Source: Acidobacteriota bacterium (GTDB taxonomy: Bacteria; Acidobacteriota; UBA6911; JACQSX01). Taken from it: a stretch of 64,000 bases of DNA. Each line of letters begins with the position of its first letter. The first letter of the stretch is position 1. The position numbers and the translations under genes are program-made. Shown here in pieces: positions 17,250 through 27,148 of the stretch. Where the stretch lies: contig DASXQR010000060.1 of the NCBI GenBank assembly GCA_036507075.1, positions 1 to 64,000 on the forward strand. The letters run 5' to 3'. The notes beneath the pieces were generated by a model, which did not search any database, was not told the DNA's origin, and saw nothing but the letters and a program-made list of their open reading frames with translations.

Positions 17250-19580
17250 TCATTCCTCAAACCGCTTGAACACTTCATCTCTTCCACGGGAACGAAGTTC
17301 CTGGTTCAACTCTTCAATGGCAAGACGAACCACATCCCGATGATGAATTTCCGGATGTCCCCCGGCGGTAATTTCCAGCCAGACGGAGTGAATCAGACTG
17401 ATGTCTTCCTGCGTGAGATTGGGAGCGTGGGCACCCAGGTAATAAGTGCGGACATTGGCCGGGCCCGAGACGATTTTCAAGATGAGCTGCTTTCTTGTCC
17501 TGGCCGGAAGCCCTTCCCAGGCGGAGCCCGTGCGACGGCCTTGCTCATCCGGGCTCATCTTAGCCGATGCGCCGGCAACGATTTCGGCGACCTGGAGATT
17601 GTCGGCTGTCTGAACAATTGCCTGAAAGATGTCCGTTGTTGGAACCACTACCAGCTTCACCGGTTTGCCGTATTTTTCAGCCATGGCAACCACTTTGGAA
17701 AAGAGCATCTGTTCGTAATCAGAGAACGTGGAGGAATATTCCGTTCCTCCGGTAGTGCCCCGGACCATCTTTGACGTCATGACCACAACGTCACGCAGGT
17801 CGGGATTTACACGGTTCAAAACCCAGGCTAGGTGGCCCAGAGTATTGTAGTCCCGCACCGCCACAAGGATGCCGCCCGGCCGGCACTGCATCACACGGGA
17901 ATCGACTACTTCCTTTTCGCTCAGGCGGAACTCATCGGTCATGGGCTTGTCGGCGCGGCGTTTTTCGTTGATTCTTTCCGAGACCACGAAAAGGCAGAAG
18001 AAAACCAGCGTGAAGGCAACACCGCTGATCGTCCCAACCTGCTTGGTGATCAGGTTGATTCCCGCGATCGACAGCAGAATCAGAGAAGTAATTCCGAGTC
18101 CCGCGGGGATTTCAGTCCTTCCAACTCGAATGTTAAAAGGGGCTTTCCATTCTCGCGGGGACTTATCCCTGAATCGAAGGATCAGAGTCGCGAGCGCATT
18201 AAATGTAAACGACCAAATCACGCCAAAGGCATACGCTTCACCGAGAGTATAAACGTCACCTTGTGAGGCGATGATCGCAGCCAGTTGCAGGATCACAATC
18301 AAATTGATCATCCGATAAGGAGTGCCGTATCTGCGATGCGGAGCGCGGAACCAGTCGGTCAACAAACCGTCCTCACTGACACGGCTAAGCACTCCGTGGG
18401 AACCGATAATCGCCGTGTTAACCGCACCCGAGAGCATGAGAACACCGACGGTCACGATGAAAGCGTTAAATAGCAGCCTCAGCGGCAGGGGACCAATCAG
18501 GTGCATGGCGATGCCGCTGATAAGGTTTTCGTAAAACTGGGGCCTGATGGATTGAGGGATAATGGCGTAAGCAAAGAATGAAACCAGCGAGGTGAACACG
18601 AGTGAATAAACGAAGATCACAAGACCTGCCCTGATCAGATTCTTGTGCTTGGGATGTCCCAGCTCCCGGTTCACTTCAGCCAACGACTCCTCGCCCGACA
18701 TAGCCAGAATCGAATGGCCGAACGCCATTAAAATTCCGATCAGAGCCAGCAGTGCGCCGCGCGTTGGATTCAGACCGAAGCGCCATTCGCCCTTGTCTTC
18801 GGGGGCTGAAACGGCGGCACTCGCCTCGGGCGAGATAGGATGGACAGCATCCGGTGAGATTTGTGGAAGCCATCCCACTGCATCCGCGCTGAACGACAGA
18901 TTGTCCGGTATCGGCGCAGGCGGCAGTCGTTGTGTCTCAGGCAGGGTAACGATGGTCGCCGTGCTCCAGGCGATCAGCAAGACCACCATCACGGTGGCCA
19001 CGTACATGATCTTCAGACCGCCGTCGTAAGATTCATAAATCCCTTTGTTGTGGCGCCACCAGAAATGCAGCGTCACTGCGATGGCAATCCCGGCCGCCAA
19101 CAGATTCATAGTGGCGACCGGAGGTTTCCACGGATGGCCCAGGTAAGTAGCTGTCTCGGACAGCAGCCTGACAATGTACTGTCCTGCCACTACTCCGGAA
19201 ATCGGACCGGTCAGGATGTAGTCAAACATCAGCGCCGAAACAGACACTTTGGCAAGGGTCGAGCCCATCGCCTGGCGCACTACCCGGTAAACGCCGGCCC
19301 GGGTAAACATCACGCACGATTCGACATACACTGCGCGCACAGCATATGAAAAGAGCATTACTCCAAGAATGAACCAGGGAGCCGAATGGCCAACGGCCCT
19401 TTCCGCAATACCGCCCGCGTAAAAGGCCGAGGAGCCCAGATCGTTGAGGACAATAGCGGCTGCGCGCCAGAAGGAGATGAAGCTAAGCAGTACGGTGGTG
19501 GCAACCACCACCTTCACTTTGGGCGAGCTTTTAGGCTGTGAGTCTGCGCGTTCTGAATCCGCTACCGGTGCATCCCCCAT
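17250..19580 (-). CDS. APC family permease with USP-like C-terminus (YdaO/KimA-like), copy 2
   Basis: Full-length colinear paralog of 14483-16831. Confidence 0.85.
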   Translation of the reverse strand: MGDAPVADSERADSQPKSSPKVKVVVATTVLLSFISFWRAAAIVLNDLGSSAFYAGGIAERAVGHSAPWFILGVMLFSYAVRAVYVESCVMFTRAGVYRVVRQAMGSTLAKVSVSALMFDYILTGPISGVVAGQYIVRLLSETATYLGHPWKPPVATMNLLAAGIAIAVTLHFWWRHNKGIYESYDGGLKIMYVATVMVVLLIAWSTATIVTLPETQRLPPAPIPDNLSFSADAVGWLPQISPDAVHPISPEASAAVSAPEDKGEWRFGLNPTRGALLALIGILMAFGHSILAMSGEESLAEVNRELGHPKHKNLIRAGLVIFVYSLVFTSLVSFFAYAIIPQSIRPQFYENLISGIAMHLIGPLPLRLLFNAFIVTVGVLMLSGAVNTAIIGSHGVLSRVSEDGLLTDWFRAPHRRYGTPYRMINLIVILQLAAIIASQGDVYTLGEAYAFGVIWSFTFNALATLILRFRDKSPREWKAPFNIRVGRTEIPAGLGITSLILLSIAGINLITKQVGTISGVAFTLVFFCLFVVSERINEKRRADKPMTDEFRLSEKEVVDSRVMQCRPGGILVAVRDYNTLGHLAWVLNRVNPDLRDVVVMTSKMVRGTTGGTEYSSTFSDYEQMLFSKVVAMAEKYGKPVKLVVVPTTDIFQAIVQTADNLQVAEIVAGASAKMSPDEQGRRTGSAWEGLPARTRKQLILKIVSGPANVRTYYLGAHAPNLTQEDISLIHSVWLEITAGGHPEIHHRDVVRLAIEELNQELRSRGRDEVFKRFEE

Positions 19581-19968
19581 AACAGCAGATTTATTCTATT
19601 CACACTGGTGAGCAATAGCCAACGAAGAATTGCAAGAATCCGCAAAAGACGGCGTATATTGGAAGAAACAGGCAAAAACAAGCAGTGGCTGGGCTCCCAC
19701 CTGCACAAAGGCCGGTGGAGGGCAGAGTTTTGGACATTTTTGGAGAGACGGCCCGATGGCCGTCTCGGGCGAAGTCGACTGCAGCCATCCTCCGACTCTC
19801 CCCGAGACGTCCCCCAGGACGTCTTTCCGCGGCGCTGCAAACGACCTTTTTTCGCGCCTTCGCGGTTAAGCTTTCAGCGAATCAAAAATGGGGACAGTCC
19901 CCTTTTTTTAGTCAAAATGGGAGTCAAATGGGGACAGTCCCCAATTTAAAATGGGGACAGTCCCCAAT

Positions 19969-20763
19969 TTAGCGGACGCCCAGCGCCTCTCGGGTTTTGT
20001 CATCGGCGCGTCCGGTGACCGGTAAATTATTGTCCCTCTGGAAGTTCATCAAGGCGCGGCGTGTCGCCGGCCCGATCTTTCCATCAATGGCACCCGTGTA
20101 ATAACCCTTGTCCTTGAGCGCCCGCTGAATGTCACTGGCCGAGCTGCTCGACATTACTTTGCCCTGGGGCGCTGCAATCGTGCGCACCGAAAGTTCGGTT
20201 CCGACCGGCAGGTCGAGATCCTTGCTTCCCTGAGCCATGATTGATCCGGCCCCTGCAGCTCCTCCCACCAGGATGCCGATGGCCGCTCCCTTGGCTCCCC
20301 CGGCAATGGCGCCAATTACGGCTCCTGTCGCCGCTCCGATCCCGCCACGCTTGATCGTTTGTTTGCCGCGGCTGTGGCTTTCGACCCGGCCTTCAGGATC
20401 AACGCGGCTGACCGAATCTCCTCCCGACTCCCTTACCTGCACTACTTCCCCCCGGAACGGAGTGCTTTCGCCGTCGGTATACTGGATGCTGTCGAATGCC
20501 AGGCGCATGCTCGTGCGTCCCTCAAACTTCCCGCTCTTATTGATTGAAGCGATATGTCCGGTTACTACCGCGTCGTTGAATTGGCTGGGCGATGTTACCG
20601 AAGCGGAAAAGGTGTCGCCGACCTTGTTTGTGTGGCTGCTGATCGAATCGCGCAGCCTAATCGTAAGTTCCGTGCCTCTGGTGACGCGCTGGGCCGCGAA
20701 AACCGAAATCACTACAGCGGCAAACATACAATGTAAAAGAAAACCTTTTTTGAATGTGGTCAT
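19969..20763 (-). CDS. secreted protein with glycine zipper and C-terminal peptidoglycan-binding domain
   Basis: SD GAGGAG before MTTFKKGF, signal peptide, GAATGAVIGAIAGGAKGAAIG zipper and PG_binding_1-like IQRALKDKGYYTGAIDGKIGPATRRALMNFQRDNNLPVTG. Confidence 0.85.
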   Translation of the reverse strand: MTTFKKGFLLHCMFAAVVISVFAAQRVTRGTELTIRLRDSISSHTNKVGDTFSASVTSPSQFNDAVVTGHIASINKSGKFEGRTSMRLAFDSIQYTDGESTPFRGEVVQVRESGGDSVSRVDPEGRVESHSRGKQTIKRGGIGAATGAVIGAIAGGAKGAAIGILVGGAAGAGSIMAQGSKDLDLPVGTELSVRTIAAPQGKVMSSSSASDIQRALKDKGYYTGAIDGKIGPATRRALMNFQRDNNLPVTGRADDKTREALGVR

Positions 20764-20844
20764 ATCCGATCTCCTCTTTTTCAGTCTAGCATCGAGCACG
20801 AGTGAACATCTTTCAACGGACTGCAAGATGCTACAATCCGGCTT

Positions 20845-22080
20845 ATGCATTGGGACGTGGTGATTGTCGGCGGCGGTCCTGCGGGAGCGATGGCCGGCAT
20901 GCGTCTTGCCGGGAGCAGCCGCGTGCTGATCCTGGACAAGGAGTCGTTTCCGCGGGACAAACCGTGCGGCGGCGGCGTCAGCGCACGCATCGTGACCCGG
21001 TTTCCTTCCCTCCAACCGCTGCTTTCCGGCATTCCAGTCCGGCAGGTACACGGCGTAATCCTGCATTCGCCTTCGGGGCTGCGCTGCGCCTATCGACAGG
21101 CAAGTCCTCTTTACCTGATGATCCGGCGGGTGGAATTCGACCATCTGTTGTTAAGGGAAGCCGAAAGGCGCGGATGCACAGTGCGCTGTGAGACGGCCGT
21201 GCAGGTGCAGGCGGACAGCAGCGGCTGCCGTGTAAAAACGCGCCACAGCGACTACAACGCAAGTTTGGTGCTGGGCTGCGACGGGGCCAACAGCGTTGTT
21301 GCTCGAGTCACCGGATTGCGCCGCCGGTGGGATGACGAGAGCATGGCAATCGATATGATGGAGGAAACCCCCTACACGCGCCTCAATTACAGGGACCGTG
21401 ACGTAATGGAGATCTTCTATGGTTTGGAAGACTCGCCTGGATACGCCTATGTTTTCCCCAAGACCGATCACCTGAACGTAGGCGTGGGGTGGAGAATGGA
21501 TTACTTCAAGCGCCTTAAAAGAGGACCCGCCTACAGCCACCATCGTTCGACGGTCGACTCCTTGATTCGAAGCGGCCGTCTCGAAGGATCTTCCGATCCT
21601 GATCGATTCCAGCCATTTGTCGTTCCGGTTGGGGGCGTACTGCGACGAACCTATGCGGATCGAGTGCTGTTGTGCGGCGATGCCGCCGGTTTTGTTAACG
21701 CTTTTACTGCCGAAGGCATTTACTACGCGATGGTGTCGGGCGAACTGGCGGCTGAGGCCGCACTGCAGGCACTGCGGAACGGGAAGTTCGCAGCGTCTTC
21801 TCTGCGCATTTATCAAAAACTTTGGAACAAGGAGATTGGACCGGAGCTAAGTTTTTCCGTCAAGGTTCACCATCTGCTGTTGAATGACACCGGACGCATC
21901 GATCGCATTGTCGAAGCCGCCAACCGGGACCCTGGACTGCTCAAGACACTGGTGGATTACGTCACGGGCCGGATGGCGCATCGCGCTTTTCAGATATTTC
22001 TGCTGCGTCACGGCATGAGACAATCGCTGAACCGATACTGGAAGCCGGCGGCATTCCGTGAACGGGAGACACATTTATGA
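20845..22080 (+). CDS. geranylgeranyl reductase family FAD-dependent oxidoreductase
   Basis: DVVIVGGGPAG, FPRDKPCGGG, GCDGANS and LCGDAAGFVNAFTAEGIYYA motifs. Confidence 0.88.
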   Translation: MHWDVVIVGGGPAGAMAGMRLAGSSRVLILDKESFPRDKPCGGGVSARIVTRFPSLQPLLSGIPVRQVHGVILHSPSGLRCAYRQASPLYLMIRRVEFDHLLLREAERRGCTVRCETAVQVQADSSGCRVKTRHSDYNASLVLGCDGANSVVARVTGLRRRWDDESMAIDMMEETPYTRLNYRDRDVMEIFYGLEDSPGYAYVFPKTDHLNVGVGWRMDYFKRLKRGPAYSHHRSTVDSLIRSGRLEGSSDPDRFQPFVVPVGGVLRRTYADRVLLCGDAAGFVNAFTAEGIYYAMVSGELAAEAALQALRNGKFAASSLRIYQKLWNKEIGPELSFSVKVHHLLLNDTGRIDRIVEAANRDPGLLKTLVDYVTGRMAHRAFQIFLLRHGMRQSLNRYWKPAAFRERETHL

Positions 22081-22772
22081 AATGGACGGAGAGCTCCACC
22101 TTCAACTGGACCTCCACGATCACAAATCTGGAAAGCAAAAGGAAAGTGGCAAGGCTGATTGCCCAACGGGTGAATACGGGTGACGTGATCGGCATAGGTT
22201 CGGGTTCTACCGCCTATGTCGCTCTTGAGGAAGTTGCGGCCCGGATGCGCTCTGAAAAACTGGATTTTGTCGGCATCCCCACCTCCTACGAAACGGAACT
22301 GGCATGCCGGCGCTTCGGCATCCGCTGCGCTTCGCTGCTGGAACATCGGCCGGACTGGGCCTTCGACGGAGCCGATGAAATCGACGGCGACGGAAATCTG
22401 ATTAAGGGACGGGGCGGCGCCCTTTTCTCCGAAAAGCTCGTCGACGGCGCCGCAGCCAGGCTTTTTATCATCGCCGACCGAAGCAAGCTGGTTTCGCGAC
22501 TGGGAACGACCTTTCCTATTCCGGTTGAAGTCCATCCGCCGGCGGCGCGTTGGGTGGAGCATCAGATTCGCGAATTAGGAGCGACGGAGATTCAGGTCCG
22601 CTCGGCATCGGGCAAAGACGGCCCTGTTTTCACCGAGCACGGCAACATAATGCTCGACGTCAGATTCCAACAGATCGGTGCGTCGCTGGAAAAGGACCTG
22701 AAATCCATCTGCGGCGTCATTGAAAGCGGGCTGTTCTGGGGCTACCGGCCGGAAGTGATTGTGGCGGATTAG
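22077..22772 (+). CDS. rpiA: ribose-5-phosphate isomerase A
   Basis: GIGSGSTA, DGADEID, IKGRGGALFSEK and KDGPVFTEHGN motifs. Confidence 0.93.
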   Translation: MKWTESSTFNWTSTITNLESKRKVARLIAQRVNTGDVIGIGSGSTAYVALEEVAARMRSEKLDFVGIPTSYETELACRRFGIRCASLLEHRPDWAFDGADEIDGDGNLIKGRGGALFSEKLVDGAAARLFIIADRSKLVSRLGTTFPIPVEVHPPAARWVEHQIRELGATEIQVRSASGKDGPVFTEHGNIMLDVRFQQIGASLEKDLKSICGVIESGLFWGYRPEVIVAD

Positions 22773-22954
22773 AAACCGCCAGGTTTTCGCCTGAATCACG
22801 ATATTTGCGAATGCGGATTGCGGAATGCGGAATGCGGAATATAGACAACTTAATTCTTTAGAGCTGAGACTAACTCGGCGCTTATTCCGCATTCCGCATT
22901 CCGAAATCCGCATTTGATGCGGCGTTGACAATGGCCTGCGGCATCACACTTTGC

Positions 22955-23668
22955 ATGATTCACCTGCGCGCTGTTTCAAAGATTTTCCATCTTCGCAAAC
23001 CGGTCGTCGCCCTTCAGAATGTGGATCTTTCCATATCCTCAGGTGAAATGGTCGGCGTGATGGGATCGTCAGGATCCGGAAAAAGCACGCTGCTGAACCT
23101 GATCGGCGGGCTCGATCGCCCCACTTCGGGGACCGTCGAGGTAGCAGGCTCCGTGCTCAACACGCTTAAGGATGACGCGCTGACCAGGCTGCGCCGGGAG
23201 AAGATCGGGTTCATTTTTCAGTTTTTCAACCTGATCGCGACCCTCACCGCGTTTCAAAACATCGCGCTTCCCTTCCTGCTCAGGCATAAGTCCCGCGGCG
23301 AAATCAGTGACGGCGTTTCCAGGCTGCTCGAACTGGTCGGCCTCGCGGATCGGGCCGACCACCTGCCGGATGAACTTTCCGGTGGAGAACAACAGCGCGT
23401 CGCGATTGCGCGCGCGCTCGCATTTTATCCGCCCGTGCTGCTCGCCGACGAACCGACCGGAAACCTGGATTCAGAAACCGGCGATGAAATATTGAACCTG
23501 CTCCGCGATGTACAGCAACAGTTCCGGACCACCGTCGTGATGGTGACCCATGATCCCAGGGCTGCCTCTTTCTGCGAGCGCCTGATCCGGCTCAAGGATG
23601 GCCGCATCATTGCCGACAGCCGCAACTCTGAAAGTCTAAAGTCTGAAAGTCGAAGGTCGAAAGTCTGA
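22955..23668 (+). CDS. ABC transporter ATP-binding protein (LolD/MacB-type)
   Basis: GSSGSGKST, LSGGEQQRVAIARAL, LADEPTGNLD and VTHD motifs. Start set at ATG 22955. Confidence 0.93.
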   Translation: MIHLRAVSKIFHLRKPVVALQNVDLSISSGEMVGVMGSSGSGKSTLLNLIGGLDRPTSGTVEVAGSVLNTLKDDALTRLRREKIGFIFQFFNLIATLTAFQNIALPFLLRHKSRGEISDGVSRLLELVGLADRADHLPDELSGGEQQRVAIARALAFYPPVLLADEPTGNLDSETGDEILNLLRDVQQQFRTTVVMVTHDPRAASFCERLIRLKDGRIIADSRNSESLKSESRRSKV

Positions 23669-23774
23669 AAGCAAACCGCGAAGGCGCGAAGGCACGAAGA
23701 GAATTTGCTTGTTCGCGCCTTCGCGCCTTCGCGGTTAAGCTTTTCGTTCGGACTTTCAGACTTGGAGAATTTGA

Positions 23775-26330
23775 ATGGGCCTCTGGCTGATCAGCTTTCG
23801 AAATTTCAGGATCAACTGGCTTAAGAACCTGCTTACTACTTTCGGCATTGTTCTCGGCGTCGCCGTGTTTTTTGCCATGCGAACGGCAAACCTGTCGTTG
23901 CGAGAAGGTTTCCGCAACACGCTTGATCGAGTGGCCGGCAAAGCTCAATTACAAGTCACGGCCGGCGAGGTAGGCTTGCCGGAGGAACTGCTCGAGAAGG
24001 TGCAACGCGTTGAAGGCGTCGATATGGCTGTTCCGGTAATCGAGGCCGTCGTTCAAACCGAGATCCGCGAGGAAGGTAACCTGCTCATCCTGGGAGTCGA
24101 TTTCACGGGAGACACCCGGCTGCGCGGATATCAGTTGGAAGATCAATCCAATGCTGAGATTGATGACCCGCTGCTATTCCTGGCGCAGCCGGACTCGATC
24201 TGCCTGACGCACGAATTTGCGCTGAGAAACCACATCCAAGTGGGCGACGCAATCACTGTGGAAACAGCGCTTGGACCGCGGCGCTTTGCAGTCCGCGGCT
24301 TGATAGCGCCCGGCGACCTGGCGACGGCGTTCGGCGGAAACGTTGCCGTAATGGACATTTATGCGGCGCAGTACATGTTCAGCCGCGGGCGACACTTTGA
24401 CCGCATCGATATCACCCTGCAACCCGGCATTGCCATTGATTCGGCGCGTTCCGCCCTGAGAAGGCAACTGGGAGTCGGTTTCAAGGTAGACACCCCGGAC
24501 CAGCGCGGCAAGCAAATGGAAAACCTTACCTCAGGATTTAGCATCGGCTTGTTCCTCAGCAGTCTGATCGCGTTGTTGGTGGGCGTTTTCCTGATCTTTA
24601 ATTCTTTTGCTGTTTCCGTGACGCGCCGGCGCAAAGACATCGGCATCCTGAGGGCGCTGGGAGCCACCCGCCGTCAGATTGAGTGGCTTTTCATCGCGGA
24701 AGCTCTATTTATGGGAACAGCCGGATCGTGCGCCGGAGTTGCCATCGGATGGTACGCCGCCCGTGGGGTAATTTCTTTCATGGACCGGGTGGTTCGCGAA
24801 TCCTACAACGTAAGCGTCAAGACGGTCACGGTGCAAACCTCCCTTGCTTTCATTGTTCTTGCCGTAGCTCTTGGAATTTCCGCTTCTCTGATAGGCGCGC
24901 TGATTCCGGCGCGCGCGGCTGCCCGGGTCGATCCCGTGCTCGCCTTGCAGAAGGGAAAATTTCAGATGCTGATGGCAGGCGAATCACGACGCAGGCGCCT
25001 GATTGGGGGCACGCTGCTGGTCGCCGCGCTTGCGTTTTCATTTTTTGCTCCGGGAGCAGGGCTTACCGCGCAATATGCCAACTTCATCCTCGTTTTCGTG
25101 GGATTGGCCCTGCTGGTTCCCTCCATCGCGCATGGCCTGGCACGGTTGCTGCGGCATCCCTGGCAGCGATTTTTCGGCGTGGAAGGAGCACTCGCCTGTG
25201 ACAGCCTGATCCAGGCGCCGCGCCGCACCTCGTCTACGGTCGGAGCCCTGATGTTCAGCCTCGCCTTCACCGTCTCAAACAGCACGCTCACCGTGAGCAT
25301 CAAGCAGTCTTTCCTCAACTGGATGAAACAGACCATAAATGCCGATATGTTTGTCACCTCCACGGAAAACCTTGCGTCGCGCGTCTTCCATTTCCCCCCT
25401 GCAATGGCGGCCGACCTTGCCGCCGTCCCCGGCGTCCGCCAGGTCGATTCAGTGCGGATACTGAACCATGATTATCGCGGGAATCCTGTTCTGCTCTTCA
25501 GCATCGAGATGTCACACTTTTTCCGGCGAGCGAGTTTCATACTAAAAGAGGGCAACGCAGGCACCATCGAGCGCGCCCTGACGGGATCGGATGCGGTGAT
25601 CGTATCGGACAACTTTTCCTATCTCTACAATATTCATTCCGGCGACACACTGGAGCTTGCCACGCCCACCGGTCTGGTGCGATTTAGAGTCGCGGCTGTG
25701 ATGGAGGATTACGGATCGGACAAGGGGACGGTCGCGATGGACCGGCAGACCTACGTCAGGCACTGGAAAGATGATCTGGTGGATACCTTCGACCTGATGC
25801 TCGAACCGGGCGTATCGGCTGAGAATGTAAAACGCCTGATTTTGTCCCGTCTCGGGCTCCAAAAACGCTTGTTTGTTCTTACCAACGAGGATTTTCGCGC
25901 AAAAATCATCGCTATCATCGATCAGTTCTTCGCTCTCTCCTACGTACAGATCATCGTCGCCATGGCAGTAGCGATCCTGGGGATTATCAATACGCTGTTC
26001 ATCTCTATTTCGGATCGACGTCGTGATATTGGAATCTTCAAAGTGGTGGGAGGGTTGCAGCGCCAGGTTCGAAAAATGATTCTGCTGGAAGCCTGCTGCA
26101 TATCGCTGATTGCCACATTGCTGGGGGTCGTTTCGGGGGCTTACCTTGCTTATTTCACAAACCGAACCATCGGCCTCACATTTTCGGGATGGTGGATTCC
26201 CTACACCTTCGCCTGGAGCACGGCGCTGCTGATATTCCCCATTATGGTCGCCGTGGGCGTGCTGTCGGCATGGTACCCTGCAAATACCGCGGTCAAACTG
26301 CCACTGGTGGATGCGCTCGGATATGAATAA
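23775..26330 (+). CDS. ABC transporter permease, double FtsX/MacB-type
   Basis: Two periplasmic + TM modules, each with RRxDIGI(LRALGA/FKVVGG). Confidence 0.92.
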   Translation: MGLWLISFRNFRINWLKNLLTTFGIVLGVAVFFAMRTANLSLREGFRNTLDRVAGKAQLQVTAGEVGLPEELLEKVQRVEGVDMAVPVIEAVVQTEIREEGNLLILGVDFTGDTRLRGYQLEDQSNAEIDDPLLFLAQPDSICLTHEFALRNHIQVGDAITVETALGPRRFAVRGLIAPGDLATAFGGNVAVMDIYAAQYMFSRGRHFDRIDITLQPGIAIDSARSALRRQLGVGFKVDTPDQRGKQMENLTSGFSIGLFLSSLIALLVGVFLIFNSFAVSVTRRRKDIGILRALGATRRQIEWLFIAEALFMGTAGSCAGVAIGWYAARGVISFMDRVVRESYNVSVKTVTVQTSLAFIVLAVALGISASLIGALIPARAAARVDPVLALQKGKFQMLMAGESRRRRLIGGTLLVAALAFSFFAPGAGLTAQYANFILVFVGLALLVPSIAHGLARLLRHPWQRFFGVEGALACDSLIQAPRRTSSTVGALMFSLAFTVSNSTLTVSIKQSFLNWMKQTINADMFVTSTENLASRVFHFPPAMAADLAAVPGVRQVDSVRILNHDYRGNPVLLFSIEMSHFFRRASFILKEGNAGTIERALTGSDAVIVSDNFSYLYNIHSGDTLELATPTGLVRFRVAAVMEDYGSDKGTVAMDRQTYVRHWKDDLVDTFDLMLEPGVSAENVKRLILSRLGLQKRLFVLTNEDFRAKIIAIIDQFFALSYVQIIVAMAVAILGIINTLFISISDRRRDIGIFKVVGGLQRQVRKMILLEACCISLIATLLGVVSGAYLAYFTNRTIGLTFSGWWIPYTFAWSTALLIFPIMVAVGVLSAWYPANTAVKLPLVDALGYE

Positions 26331-27126
26331 AACTCTTTTCACCACAAAGACACAAAGGGCAGCAAGAGTCTTTGTGATCTTTGTGTCTTTGTGGTTCATC
26401 CTTTGCTTTGCCCACGTAAATGCGGCCAGCGCCCTGGAGATGATGCAGAAGGTAGACCAGCAGGCGCGCAGCCACAGTGAGCAGCACCTGGGAAGCCTCG
26501 AAGTTCACGACAAGGGGGGTAAGGTCCTGAAAAAAGCGTGGCAGTCGTGGCGAACCGGATTCGGCGGCAACAGCAAAATCATAGTGCGGTTCACCGCGCC
26601 CGCCGAAGTAAGAGGTGTAGGCCTGCTGATCATAAACCACACGCGCGGCTCTTCAGACCAGTGGTTGTACACCCCTTCTATCCAGCGGGAGCGGCGCATC
26701 GCGCCGCAGGACCGCTCGGTGCGCTTTCTGGGAACGGACTTCTCCTACGAAGACATGGAGCAGCGGGACATCAACGACAGCGAATACGAACTGCTGGCAG
26801 AGGAGACTCTCACCGGCAGCAGCGTTTACAAGATCAAGGCAACACCGAAAAAGGACGTCCGTTCGCAGTACTCGTTTCTCTTCCTTTGGGTTGATAAGAA
26901 CACCTGGGTAATTCCGGTGACCGAGTTTTACACTGACGGCAAGCTGATAAAGAAGCTGTTCGCCCGTTCGGTCGAAAAAATCCAGAACATCTGGACTCCC
27001 CAGGAGTTTGAAATGCAGGACGTAAGGCGCAGCAGTCGCACTATTATTCGATTGTCCGGAGTGCAGTACAATCAGCCCGTCTCCGACGATATTTTCACTT
27101 TGCGCAGTCTTCGATCCAATCCGTGA
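26323..27126 (+). CDS. outer-membrane lipoprotein-sorting (LolA-like) protein
   Basis: RFTAPAEVRGVGLL, DQWLYTP, RRIA and FLGTDFSYED motifs. ATG 26323 overlaps the end of the permease. Confidence 0.88.
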   Translation: MNKTLFTTKTQRAARVFVIFVSLWFILCFAHVNAASALEMMQKVDQQARSHSEQHLGSLEVHDKGGKVLKKAWQSWRTGFGGNSKIIVRFTAPAEVRGVGLLIINHTRGSSDQWLYTPSIQRERRIAPQDRSVRFLGTDFSYEDMEQRDINDSEYELLAEETLTGSSVYKIKATPKKDVRSQYSFLFLWVDKNTWVIPVTEFYTDGKLIKKLFARSVEKIQNIWTPQEFEMQDVRRSSRTIIRLSGVQYNQPVSDDIFTLRSLRSNP

Positions 27127-27148
27127 CTGAATTACGAAATGGATCCAA

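Noticed and set aside
19600..19880. ydaO riboswitch ahead of the KimA-like genes
   Set aside because: No recognisable consensus, and the -10-like motif close to the ATG leaves no room for a long leader.
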